IMG/VR virus record: IMGVR_UViG_3300035701_000012
Origin: a virus
Lineage: Duplodnaviria; Heunggongvirae; Uroviricota; Caudoviricetes
Length of the DNA: 64,000 bases
Direction: 5' to 3' (one strand)
The notes beneath the pieces were generated by a model, which saw only the letters and a program-made list of their open reading frames with translations, was not told where the DNA came from and did not search any database. Shown here piece after piece: positions 28,310 to 37,295 of the stretch. The translations under genes and the position numbers were made by a program. Each line of letters opens with the position of its first letter. The stretch's first letter is position 1.

Positions 28310-29265
28310 AATCACAAATGGCTCGTGGTGGTGTAGAACCTGCCGTGCCTTTTCAAAGTTGTGATATTTATGGAATATTTCAAATGTAAATTCTGTAAAG
28401 AAGAGTTTGCTACTAAAAAAGCATTAAACGGTCATATCACTTTGAAACATTTCGTGCAACGTGATTATAATGGATAGATTCTATGAATGTCCTAAATGCG
28501 GAACGTTCAATATCAAAGGTCAGGGTTGTGAAATATGCCGGAGAAGAAGGCAAAGAATTCGCATGAAAGATTGGTAACTATCCTTATATGAAGTAAGATA
28601 CTACCTTTTAGCAGTATATGGTGAGATTCATTCTCAAAGATTGAATATAAATATTTTTTACTCTAATGTTAATCAGTAGGCGACCAATTCCGTAAAAAGA
28701 CTGTGTATGCAGTTTACCCACTTTAAAGAGGTCAATGGTTGGGAAGATTGTTCTCGCCTACTATGTGATTACAATGAACAACAAAATCAGAGTATCTGCC
28801 AAATAAGTGCGAATTCCAGCAACGCTGGTCTTTAGATTCGTGCTTGGCAGGTGCGAACTTTGAAAAAAGAAAAAAAGACTAAGAGAAGAAAAGGTAGTAG
28901 CGGAAGTAAAAGTTTTACCCCGATTTGGATAAAACAAAACTACATTCCGAACAAAAAAAACGTGAGAGAACTTCACCAAGAAGATTATCGGAAAAGATTT
29001 GTTTTACCTGAAGGTAAAGGAACAAATAGAAGTTTCGGTAGCAACAAAAGATTAAAGAAAATGGTTGGATTTTGATTTGCATGGAATAGGTTGCCACATT
29101 CTGTGGGATATTGCGACAAAAAATCGCAGGAACTCAACGGTCTGGGGAGGACACCATAAACCGACTTTGCTCAGGCAGATGTGGTGTAAAAGGCACAGGC
29201 TTGACCTGTAATAACCTACCATGCAAAGCTTCGTTTAAATATCATTGAGGCTACATTTAACTTTT

Positions 29266-29354
29266 GTGGTAGTAGTTCAACTGGAAGAACACTCGCCCTG
29301 CATCGTTAGTTGCAAGATAGCGAGAGGCTGCGTGTTCAACTCACGCCTACTACA
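29266..29354 (+). tRNA. tRNA-Ala(UGC) with 16-nt intron at the canonical 37/38 position
   Basis: acceptor GTGGTAG/CTACTAC with G3:U70, U8A9, D-arm GTTC-AACTGGAA-GAAC, anticodon stem CTCGC/GCGAG around CCTGCA|intron|A, variable AGGCT, T-arm GCGTG-TTCAACT-CACGC, discriminator A73; C at position 33 is unusual. Confidence 0.8.
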
Positions 29355-29532
29355 TTTAGAACGATGTGAAAAAAATGTCAGTAATACTAAATTGGCGGTG
29401 CGATTTCTGTAATGGAGAGCTTGTTCCTATTGCATATCCTGATAATAAATGTATGTATGTTCGTTGTAGAAAATGCGGTGTTGGTGCTAAACACTATCTT
29501 GATGGCAGAACAATTTGGGATGAGGGTGCTTC

Positions 29533-29763
29533 ATGATTATCGACCACAAATATATAGGCAAAAAAGTTATCATTCTGACTTATGACAGATATGCGAGAGA
29601 AAAAGGTGAGAAAGGGATTTACTTCGGGAAAGTAACTAAAATAGAAAAAGGCACAGTTAAATTAAAAAATGCCTTTTTCTTCGTCAAACAATTCACAAAT
29701 TGGAAGGAATATACCACAATAACTATAGACTCAAGGCGTGTTCTTAGCATCATAGAAACCTGA
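29533..29763 (+). CDS. hypothetical protein
   Basis: ORF. Confidence 0.4.
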   Translation: MIIDHKYIGKKVIILTYDRYAREKGEKGIYFGKVTKIEKGTVKLKNAFFFVKQFTNWKEYTTITIDSRRVLSIIET

Positions 29764-29821
29764 TTTATATACTCGATGGTATATAAGAGATATTTAAATA
29801 CTTTCAGAACAAGTAGATTGC

Positions 29822-30160
29822 ATGAACGAGGATGACAGAGTGTTCTTCCAATCCTACAATATGGGATATTGGTTCTGTATGTTATTCGCTACTCTTTTTG
29901 TTATATTGAGTTTTGTCGCTGGAATGTTTCAGAATGTTTTTGTTGTGATTGTAAGCATAATTTTTGCAGTTTTATGGTTAATACAAGCTGCATTACTTTC
30001 AAGACAATCAATAAAAGTTCTCGATAGAAGCATCGAAAGATTAGAAAATGAGTTGAAATATGCAAACGAAAAATTAAGAATCGTGAGTGAATTATCATGC
30101 CAAGACCAAAACAAAAACAGAAAACCATCAAAGACCTCGAAAAGGAAATCAAGAGCCTGA
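29822..30160 (+). CDS. membrane protein
   Basis: two TM helices then coiled-coil. Confidence 0.45.
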   Translation: MNEDDRVFFQSYNMGYWFCMLFATLFVILSFVAGMFQNVFVVIVSIIFAVLWLIQAALLSRQSIKVLDRSIERLENELKYANEKLRIVSELSCQDQNKNRKPSKTSKRKSRA

Positions 30161-30317
30161 GAGCAAATATATTTTTGTTGTCGGTTCTTTTTTTCATATT
30201 AGTAATAGCCTTTTCGTTTTGGATGAGCCGGTTCGATGCTCACATTCTTTGTATGCCCGAAGTAAATATTATTCCAAACATTGACGGTGGTCAATCTATC
30301 ACACAGCCGAATTTAGT

Positions 30318-30866
30318 TTGTCATTTATATTGGATTGTAAAAGGTGTTTGAATATGAAAGCAGCTTTCATAATATTTATGATTTTCATAATGATAGTATA
30401 TGGAGTAGCTGCGTATATTTTTTCCTATGGATACGACAGAAATATCGGTTCGTATTATGAATTATCTAATCAGGCTTCAACCGCAACATTGAAAGTTCAA
30501 TATCTTCAAACATTTCGAGATAAATTAGCTCAAAACGACCTTTTATCTGGTCAGGCTGTTTTGATATTTCCAACGCCACAAACTTCTGTGGATGAACAAA
30601 CAAAAATATTGGATAGCCTGATTGACCGATTGAATAAAACTGCCGGGATGAATGAATCTTCTTTTGAATATCAACAGGCTCTTTATCAAATAACTCGAAA
30701 TGAATTTTGCGAAGGCATAGGTTGTGAGAATGTTCAATTATTCAAAGACCTTTACACAATCAAGAACGGAATCATTTACAATTCATTAATTATGGGAATC
30801 GCATATTTGATTCTTTTCCTCGCTTTAGTTTTTGGCGCAGCGTGGATGGATTCGGAGGGAATGTAA
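30318..30866 (+). CDS. membrane protein
   Basis: N- and C-terminal TM helices. Confidence 0.45.
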   Translation: MSFILDCKRCLNMKAAFIIFMIFIMIVYGVAAYIFSYGYDRNIGSYYELSNQASTATLKVQYLQTFRDKLAQNDLLSGQAVLIFPTPQTSVDEQTKILDSLIDRLNKTAGMNESSFEYQQALYQITRNEFCEGIGCENVQLFKDLYTIKNGIIYNSLIMGIAYLILFLALVFGAAWMDSEGM

Positions 30867-31247
30867 ATGGATGCTTTATTCACCTTTCCATTTGACCCGA
30901 TTCAAACAATGTTTTTGATAATTGTAATAATTGTTTTTATAGCTCTTGCTTCGAGATTTTGGAGAAGCGATGGACATGACGAACATGGAGAAAAAGTCAA
31001 AGGGAAACAACCTGTTTCGCAAGATGAAGAAACCGAAGAAGAAGAAACGGAGGATGATGAAATGTCAGAAACATTAACTATTCATACAACCGACCAAGAT
31101 TCCACTGACTACGATGTAAAGGATTCAGAGGCAGAATACAAACGAATCAAAACCGAAATAGATGGCGGTGCAAAAACAATCGAAATCGACAATGATTTGT
31201 ATGTTGTTAACAACATCGTAGCCATAACTTATGATGATGAAGAATAG
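30867..31247 (+). CDS. membrane-anchored acidic protein
   Basis: N-terminal TM, D/E-rich tail. Confidence 0.45.
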   Translation: MDALFTFPFDPIQTMFLIIVIIVFIALASRFWRSDGHDEHGEKVKGKQPVSQDEETEEEETEDDEMSETLTIHTTDQDSTDYDVKDSEAEYKRIKTEIDGGAKTIEIDNDLYVVNNIVAITYDDEE

Positions 31248-31258
31248 GAGTGATTTGA

Positions 31259-31537
31259 ATGAAAAAAATAACGACAACAATCGTAGATGACCAAAGCGAT
31301 AGAGTCGACAAAACCCTGTGCGATATATTTAGCATGGGAAGTTTTTTGATTTTTTTCGTTGGAGGTCTCTTTGGAATCATGGAAAATGTTACAAACACAT
31401 CTTTAGGAACAGCGATTATTTCAGCTGCAATCGTTTTTGGATTTCTAACAGCAATTCCAGCAGCATACTATTACGGAAAGAAAATGGCAAAAACAAAGAC
31501 AACGATTGAAACAAAAGAAGAAAAAAGAAGGAGATGA
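31259..31537 (+). CDS. small membrane protein
   Basis: two TM helices. Confidence 0.4.
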   Translation: MKKITTTIVDDQSDRVDKTLCDIFSMGSFLIFFVGGLFGIMENVTNTSLGTAIISAAIVFGFLTAIPAAYYYGKKMAKTKTTIETKEEKRRR

Positions 31538-31543
31538 AAATAA

Positions 31544-32461
31544 ATGGATTTACTAACAATGGGAGTGATTGGCTTTTTTGTAGTAGTTTTGCTGGTCATT
31601 ATAGCATCAGGGATAAGAATAATTCGACCCACACACAAAGGAGTAATAGAACGCTTGGGGCGATACCGCAGGGTTCAAGGGCAGGGAATCACTGTGATTA
31701 TTCCCTTCATAGACAAAATGTATCCTGTGAACATAACAGAAAGAATAACTGACATCGAAACACAAGAAATCATAACCCAAGATAACCTGAACGCTATGGT
31801 AGATTTGCAAGTTTACTATAAAGTAAGACCTGATGACGACTCTGTGAAAAAATCCCAGTATAACGTATGGGATTACAAAACACAGATTATAGCCTTAGCC
31901 AGAACAACTATGAGAAATGTAATCGGAAACAAGCCTTTTGCAGACGTAAATAGCAAGAGAAACGAGCTTAATGTGATGTTGCGATTTACAATGCAACAAG
32001 AAGTTGATTCGTGGGGTATAGACATTGTTCGATGTGAGTTAAAAGAAATCAGACCTCCTGCAAATGTTCAGGATGCGATGAACAATGTTTTGGTAGCACA
32101 AAACACCAAGAACGCTGCAATTGATTTTGCAACTGCAACAGAAACAAAAGCAGATGGAGAAAAAAGAGCAGTGGTTAAAAAAGCAGAAGGAGATAAGCAA
32201 TCGGCAATCTTGAGAGCAGAAGGACAAGCAACAGCCATACAAAAAGTAGCCGATGCAGATGCCTACCAAATAAAGATTGTAAACGAATCTGCCGAAAAAT
32301 ACTTCACAGGCAACGCACAAAAGCTAAAACGCTATGAAGTAACACAGGCTTCTCTCGAAAACAATAGCAAGATTGTGATAACTGAAGAAGGAATTACACC
32401 TGTCATTGTTCTCGGAAAGGAAGAAGTAATACCGATTGACAAGAAGGAGGCTAAGAAATGA
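31544..32461 (+). CDS. SPFH/band-7 (stomatin-prohibitin) family protein
   Basis: N-terminal TM, then ...GVIERLGRYRRVQGQGITVIIPFIDK... and the A/E/K-rich C-terminal coiled segment typical of the family. Confidence 0.8.
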   Translation: MDLLTMGVIGFFVVVLLVIIASGIRIIRPTHKGVIERLGRYRRVQGQGITVIIPFIDKMYPVNITERITDIETQEIITQDNLNAMVDLQVYYKVRPDDDSVKKSQYNVWDYKTQIIALARTTMRNVIGNKPFADVNSKRNELNVMLRFTMQQEVDSWGIDIVRCELKEIRPPANVQDAMNNVLVAQNTKNAAIDFATATETKADGEKRAVVKKAEGDKQSAILRAEGQATAIQKVADADAYQIKIVNESAEKYFTGNAQKLKRYEVTQASLENNSKIVITEEGITPVIVLGKEEVIPIDKKEAKK

Positions 32462-32730
32462 AAAGAGGACTGTTTTTTGTAAATTTTTTTATTTCCTTAT
32501 ATTTACTATACGCATGGCTTAACAACATTGGCGGTTTTGGAACTTTTACGATGTTCGGATGGATAATAACTATGGGAAACATGGCATATATTGTTCTGAC
32601 CGCAAAAACATCAAAACCTGATGAAACAGACGATGGGGATGATGAAAATGAGCAGGATTTACAAGAAAAAAAGAAAATTCCTATGGTTAAGAGACCCGAA
32701 GAAATGAACCAACCAAGAGATGATGAATAA
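32458..32730 (+). CDS. small membrane protein downstream of SPFH (NfeD-like position)
   Basis: ATGA overlap; two TM helices; acidic tail. Confidence 0.4.
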   Translation: MKRGLFFVNFFISLYLLYAWLNNIGGFGTFTMFGWIITMGNMAYIVLTAKTSKPDETDDGDDENEQDLQEKKKIPMVKRPEEMNQPRDDE

Positions 32731-32954
32731 TGCGAACAACAATAACAACTTCGGTTGATACTAAAACTGCTGAAAAATTGAGGCAAATAAAAGCCAAAAC
32801 AGGTATGTCTATAGGAGCCCAGATAGATGAAGCAATTGCAGTTTATGGGGTGAAAAAATCATGAGCAAGAAATACAAAAATACTAAGATGAGACCCGATG
32901 AATACAAAGCTAAAAAAACACAAAGAAAAACTGAGCTTAGATTGAGAAGAAAGA

Positions 32955-33365
32955 ATGGGTGAAAAAGTCATGAACAAACAAGATAGAGAAAAAGTTGAAG
33001 AAATAGCATACGAAGAAATGCAAAAAGGGATTGATGCAAATATGTTAGCTACTGCACTTATTGTTTTATTCGCTTTTACGATATACTTCATCTTTTTTCA
33101 GCATTTTGGTGAACATCTGGAAAATTATAATTGCAGGAATGAAAGTGTTTTGATAACAGGAACATTTTGTTGTCAGATACCTGACTGGTATGAAGGTCAT
33201 GAATACTGCTCAGGGAGACAGGTCTTTTTTCCATACCAAGCTAATCACAACGCTTTAGAATCTGAAGGATACCACTGCAAACCATTTATACAGAGTATGG
33301 TTGACGGTGGATATTTAAATGAAACCAAAGAAATCTGCAAACAAATCTGGGTGAAAAATTCATGA
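32955..33365 (+). CDS. membrane-anchored Cys-rich protein
   Basis: one TM helix, 6 Cys. Confidence 0.4.
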   Translation: MGEKVMNKQDREKVEEIAYEEMQKGIDANMLATALIVLFAFTIYFIFFQHFGEHLENYNCRNESVLITGTFCCQIPDWYEGHEYCSGRQVFFPYQANHNALESEGYHCKPFIQSMVDGGYLNETKEICKQIWVKNS

Positions 33366-33709
33366 ACAACCGGGAATATTTCAAAATAGATAATTTTGTC
33401 AAGAATTGGTGGCACGAAGCATTCGGAATAAAACCCAAAGAAGTATCTATTCGTGAAGGATATTTAGAAGGAATGAGATTCTTTGGGTGTGTTGTTTCAT
33501 ACGAAAAGAAACAAGGTTGTATTGTTATTGATGAAAAAATGAAAATAAAATATATCACACAGACCGCAGATAAAATGGATGTAAGAAATCCATTTGCTGT
33601 ATTTAGCCCAATAAAAGTGATTGTTATTAGGAGAGGAATCTCTAATGTGCGAACCGAAATCGAACCTATTAAAAAACCTGTTAGAAGAAAGAAAAAAACA
33701 TCTCGATAG
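33362..33709 (+). CDS. hypothetical protein
   Basis: ORF. Confidence 0.4.
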   Translation: MNNREYFKIDNFVKNWWHEAFGIKPKEVSIREGYLEGMRFFGCVVSYEKKQGCIVIDEKMKIKYITQTADKMDVRNPFAVFSPIKVIVIRRGISNVRTEIEPIKKPVRRKKKTSR

Positions 33710-33729
33710 GATGATGAAAATGGGATGGT

Positions 33730-34224
33730 GTGAAAATGGCAAGAAATAAAAATTATTCAGAGCAAATAGGAATGAAAAAAATTCTATTTGTTTTAATTGT
33801 ATTTGCTATCGCAGTATCTTTTATCGCAGGAGAAAACTGGGGAGAAATTGTTGGCGAGAAAATAGGTAAAGACCGTTGCCTCAGGGATACCTGTGATTCA
33901 GCTATCAAAGATTGTAATATTTATTACAATGTTACTTTGATGAACAAAGATGAAATAGATGCCCTATGTCAAGATAAAGGATACAGGTGGGGATGGTTTG
34001 GTTGTAGTTTAGATGTAGGATACACCTGTTACAAAAAGAATTCTGACGGTTCGGTAAATAATGATTGTTTCCCTGCTAAAGACCTAATCAAAATATCAGG
34101 CGAAAGACGACCTAATGAAGAAAACAAAGACGTTTGCAATCTTACTATAGAATGGGTATGGAAAAATATGACACCACTAAACTATACCCCAAACTTGACG
34201 AACATCACATATATTCCATTGTAG
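33730..34224 (+). CDS. secreted Cys-rich protein with N-glycosylation sequons
   Basis: signal peptide/TM, about 10 Cys, NVT/NMT/NYT/NLT/NIT. Confidence 0.5.
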   Translation: MKMARNKNYSEQIGMKKILFVLIVFAIAVSFIAGENWGEIVGEKIGKDRCLRDTCDSAIKDCNIYYNVTLMNKDEIDALCQDKGYRWGWFGCSLDVGYTCYKKNSDGSVNNDCFPAKDLIKISGERRPNEENKDVCNLTIEWVWKNMTPLNYTPNLTNITYIPL

Positions 34225-34234
34225 ATGACAAAAA

Positions 34235-34744
34235 ATGGTAACAACAATCACAGAAGAAGGTGAAATGTTCATAATAGGTATCGTATTAGTGTTACTTATC
34301 GGAACATATATGATAGCTTACCAAGTAGGTCTGAATGAAAACATTTCGAGAAAACCAGTATTAACAATCACTATGTGTTGCAGGAACGTCACTGAAGTTC
34401 ATTCATTAGACCGTGTTCCTATAGACTGTCAAAATAATTTGATAGCAGATGATTTGTTAAGTCTCAATGGAACTATAATCAACCATTCATTCAGTTATAC
34501 AACTTGCTCATGCCGAACTATGGATGGTTATCATGTGATAAAAGCTGACTCGACAATTCTCCTCAATTATAATCACCATTATTTTATTCCGAACATTGCT
34601 TATGTTGAAGGAGAAAACATTCTTTGTATCAATCAAACATTGCTTACAAATATGACATCTTCTCTACCACCCGGTGATATAACAATTCTGGTTGATGCCT
34701 TTGTAAATGAAACGAGAACGGTATGTGATGGTGATTTATCATGA
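34235..34744 (+). CDS. membrane-anchored Cys-rich protein with sequons
   Basis: N-terminal TM, multiple Cys and NxT/S. Confidence 0.5.
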   Translation: MVTTITEEGEMFIIGIVLVLLIGTYMIAYQVGLNENISRKPVLTITMCCRNVTEVHSLDRVPIDCQNNLIADDLLSLNGTIINHSFSYTTCSCRTMDGYHVIKADSTILLNYNHHYFIPNIAYVEGENILCINQTLLTNMTSSLPPGDITILVDAFVNETRTVCDGDLS

Positions 34745-35079
34745 AAATCACAAAGAAAGGTAATTATCTAATCATGAATGGAAAATGGTATGTTTTCAAT
34801 ATTCCTATCCAAGATGGTGATTTCAATACAGGCGATTGGGAAATGACTGAGGTCAAAAAGCCGAAGGAATTGAACGAAAAAATCAATAAAATCACAGAGG
34901 AAATTTTTGAATCTCTTGACAGGGAAATTATCATGAAAGATGCGTTATTTGATATGACACCAATTGAAATAGAAGTTATCTATCAGAAACTCTTCAAGAA
35001 TAAAAGAAAACCAAAACTTAAAATGAAAAAACATTGTATCCAACTCGATGTTGGCGGTATTGGAATTCCAATCAGATAA
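34741..35079 (+). CDS. hypothetical protein
   Basis: ORF. Confidence 0.4.
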   Translation: MKITKKGNYLIMNGKWYVFNIPIQDGDFNTGDWEMTEVKKPKELNEKINKITEEIFESLDREIIMKDALFDMTPIEIEVIYQKLFKNKRKPKLKMKKHCIQLDVGGIGIPIR

Positions 35080-35324
35080 AATCCTTTATAAACTAAAATC
35101 TTTATATGACACCGAACACAATATAGTGAAGGTGATTACCATGAAGATACGAAAACACGATTGCGGAGATGGTTTCAAAGGTCGTATTATAGAAATTAAA
35201 AGACCTTTCAAAACCTTCAAAGCGTGTGATTTTTGCGGTAAGGAAGTGCCTTGATGCCAATAATAACCGAGTATAAAGACAAGAATCTTAGAATTGATGT
35301 AGTTATTTAGCGGAAGTAAGACTT

Positions 35325-35630
35325 ATGCGAGACCCAAAACGAATTGATAGAATTCTGAAACTTCTCAGAGAAATCTGGGATGAATGCCCGGATTTGAGGC
35401 TCGGTCAGATGATTTACAATGCAACAAAAGCCTCGAAAAACAAGGATATTTTCTATCTGGAAGATAACGATTTAGAAGATTTTCTATTCTTTCTGCTCGG
35501 AACGTTGAAACAGCAGAAGAAACTTCCTAAAACAAAGAATCTAAAAATGAAAAAACTTTTCAAAGATTTGAAAATTGGGGAGAAAATGAAGATTGGAGGA
35601 GAAAACTATGAAAAAACTAAGATTCAATGA
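35325..35630 (+). CDS. hypothetical protein
   Basis: ORF. Confidence 0.4.
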   Translation: MRDPKRIDRILKLLREIWDECPDLRLGQMIYNATKASKNKDIFYLEDNDLEDFLFFLLGTLKQQKKLPKTKNLKMKKLFKDLKIGEKMKIGGENYEKTKIQ

Positions 35631-35722
35631 TGACTTAATTGTTATGGAAACAACGCTTCCCTTTTTTGGAAGACAACGATTAATAAATAATAAATTTGGT
35701 GAGAAAATAAAATGCAAATCCT

Positions 35723-35953
35723 GTGGAAATGTTTTCAGATGGTTTCATTTATGTAAGAAAGGTGATTGATATACTTTTTCGGTGTTGCGGTTGTGGTGAA
35801 ATATTCGAGAAGATTGGTCATGAAGTAAACAAAATGAATATTTGCTGTCCAGAGTGCAGAAGTAAAGATGTTACTGAAATTCAGCCCGATGAGGAAGAAA
35901 CCAATCCCGACCAATTTCAACAGCCCTATGAAGAAGTTCGAGATGATTTTTGA
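35723..35953 (+). CDS. zinc-ribbon protein
   Basis: CCGCGE...CCPEC. Confidence 0.4.
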   Translation: MEMFSDGFIYVRKVIDILFRCCGCGEIFEKIGHEVNKMNICCPECRSKDVTEIQPDEEETNPDQFQQPYEEVRDDF

Positions 35954-36222
35954 TGAACAAAAAAGCAATAGAAAATAATATTCGGGTTGGAACTATGATT
36001 GGATTAATCATGGCTTCAATCCTCTCAATGTCATTCTTCTTGATATTTTATTACCATCTATTGAAAACAGAAGCACTATTTCCCACACTGATAGATACAT
36101 TTTTGGTGATTGTGATAATTTTTGGCACTGTAGATACATTCGTTGGAATATATGAATATTGCTTTAAAAAAATCGGATGGATACAAGAAAATAACTGGTT
36201 GATTATAAAAAGATTGAGATGA
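35950..36222 (+). CDS. membrane protein
   Basis: two TM helices. Confidence 0.4.
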   Translation: MMNKKAIENNIRVGTMIGLIMASILSMSFFLIFYYHLLKTEALFPTLIDTFLVIVIIFGTVDTFVGIYEYCFKKIGWIQENNWLIIKRLR

Positions 36223-36407
36223 TTTTGATGAACAAACTACCATATCATGATAGATATTTATTTTGTAAAAATATCATCAAGAAAAGATTCGAGAATTCGA
36301 TGTCGAGAACTAAGGTATATTTTTGTGTAGTTTTAAACCAACCTATCTCAACATCGTCTTATAGTAAATGTAAAGATTGCAAACATTTCAAGATGAGATG
36401 ATTTTCG

Positions 36408-36929
36408 ATGAAATATTCGATAAAAGAATATAGAAAAAAATATTATAATGGTATGAAAGTATCAGAAATGAATAAAGAAGAAAAAAATGGTATGTGGAAA
36501 GGAGATAATGTAGGATATGCTGCTGTTCATGATTGGGTTAAAAATAGAAAACCAAAACCGAAAGTTTGTAAAACTTGTCAAAAACATAAACCGTTAGCAT
36601 TACATAATAAAGATAAAAAATATTCGAGGAAATTAGATAAATGGGAATGGTTATGTTTTTCGTGTCATCATAAAAAAGATGAAGGATATACAAAAACTTA
36701 TACCAAATCAATTATAAAAAAATGTGGGAATTGCAGTAAAGAATTTTTTATTACTCCGATAAATATAAATCATGTAAAATATTGTTCACGAAAATGCTAT
36801 TTAAATAAAAATCAAAAAAGAATAAATAGAGTTCATCGAAAATGGTATCAAAAAAATATAATTCACATGAGAACATGGTGGAAAAATTACTATAGAGAAA
36901 AACGGAGATTGATTCAAAATGAAACATAA
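36408..36929 (+). CDS. HNH-like Cys-rich endonuclease candidate
   Basis: CKTCQK...LHNKDKKY...WLCFSCHHKKD; extra CGNC...CSRKC. Confidence 0.45.
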   Translation: MKYSIKEYRKKYYNGMKVSEMNKEEKNGMWKGDNVGYAAVHDWVKNRKPKPKVCKTCQKHKPLALHNKDKKYSRKLDKWEWLCFSCHHKKDEGYTKTYTKSIIKKCGNCSKEFFITPININHVKYCSRKCYLNKNQKRINRVHRKWYQKNIIHMRTWWKNYYREKRRLIQNET

Positions 36930-37170
36930 AGAATGTTTATTTTATAATCGTGCCTTTTGTCGGACTATGCGACAAAAAGGATACACCAATCCATGCGATA
37001 AAATAGCTCAAAGAGTTCTTGGTCGTTCATTGCCTTCTGAAACTTATAGGCAGTGTGCAATATACGAAGCACTTATTGAAGACCATAGAGAGCTTCAGAA
37101 TGAATTAACTCAAACTTATTATTCAAAATTTCCGAAAACTCCGTCAAATGGTGATGCACATCTCAATTAA
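36919..37170 (+). CDS. hypothetical protein
   Basis: ORF. Confidence 0.4.
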   Translation: MKHKECLFYNRAFCRTMRQKGYTNPCDKIAQRVLGRSLPSETYRQCAIYEALIEDHRELQNELTQTYYSKFPKTPSNGDAHLN

Positions 37171-37295
37171 AAACACTCTAATAGAAGGGCTGAAGCTCGT
37201 TGTCGTTATCGTGACTCTTGGTGTTCCTATCATAATTTGGGCAATGATTGATACTGAAAGGCAGTGGAAAAAAAAGGATGGGAGAGTGAAAAATT

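Noticed and set aside
28851-29075. 74-aa Lys/Arg-rich ORF between the two noncoding islands
   Set aside because: Extreme low-complexity basic composition with no RBS, sited in a GC-richer putative RNA region next to a tRNA; more likely noncoding.
31534-31752. 72-aa ORF overlapping the SPFH gene start
   Set aside because: Alternative frame of the strongly supported SPFH CDS; composition not protein-like.
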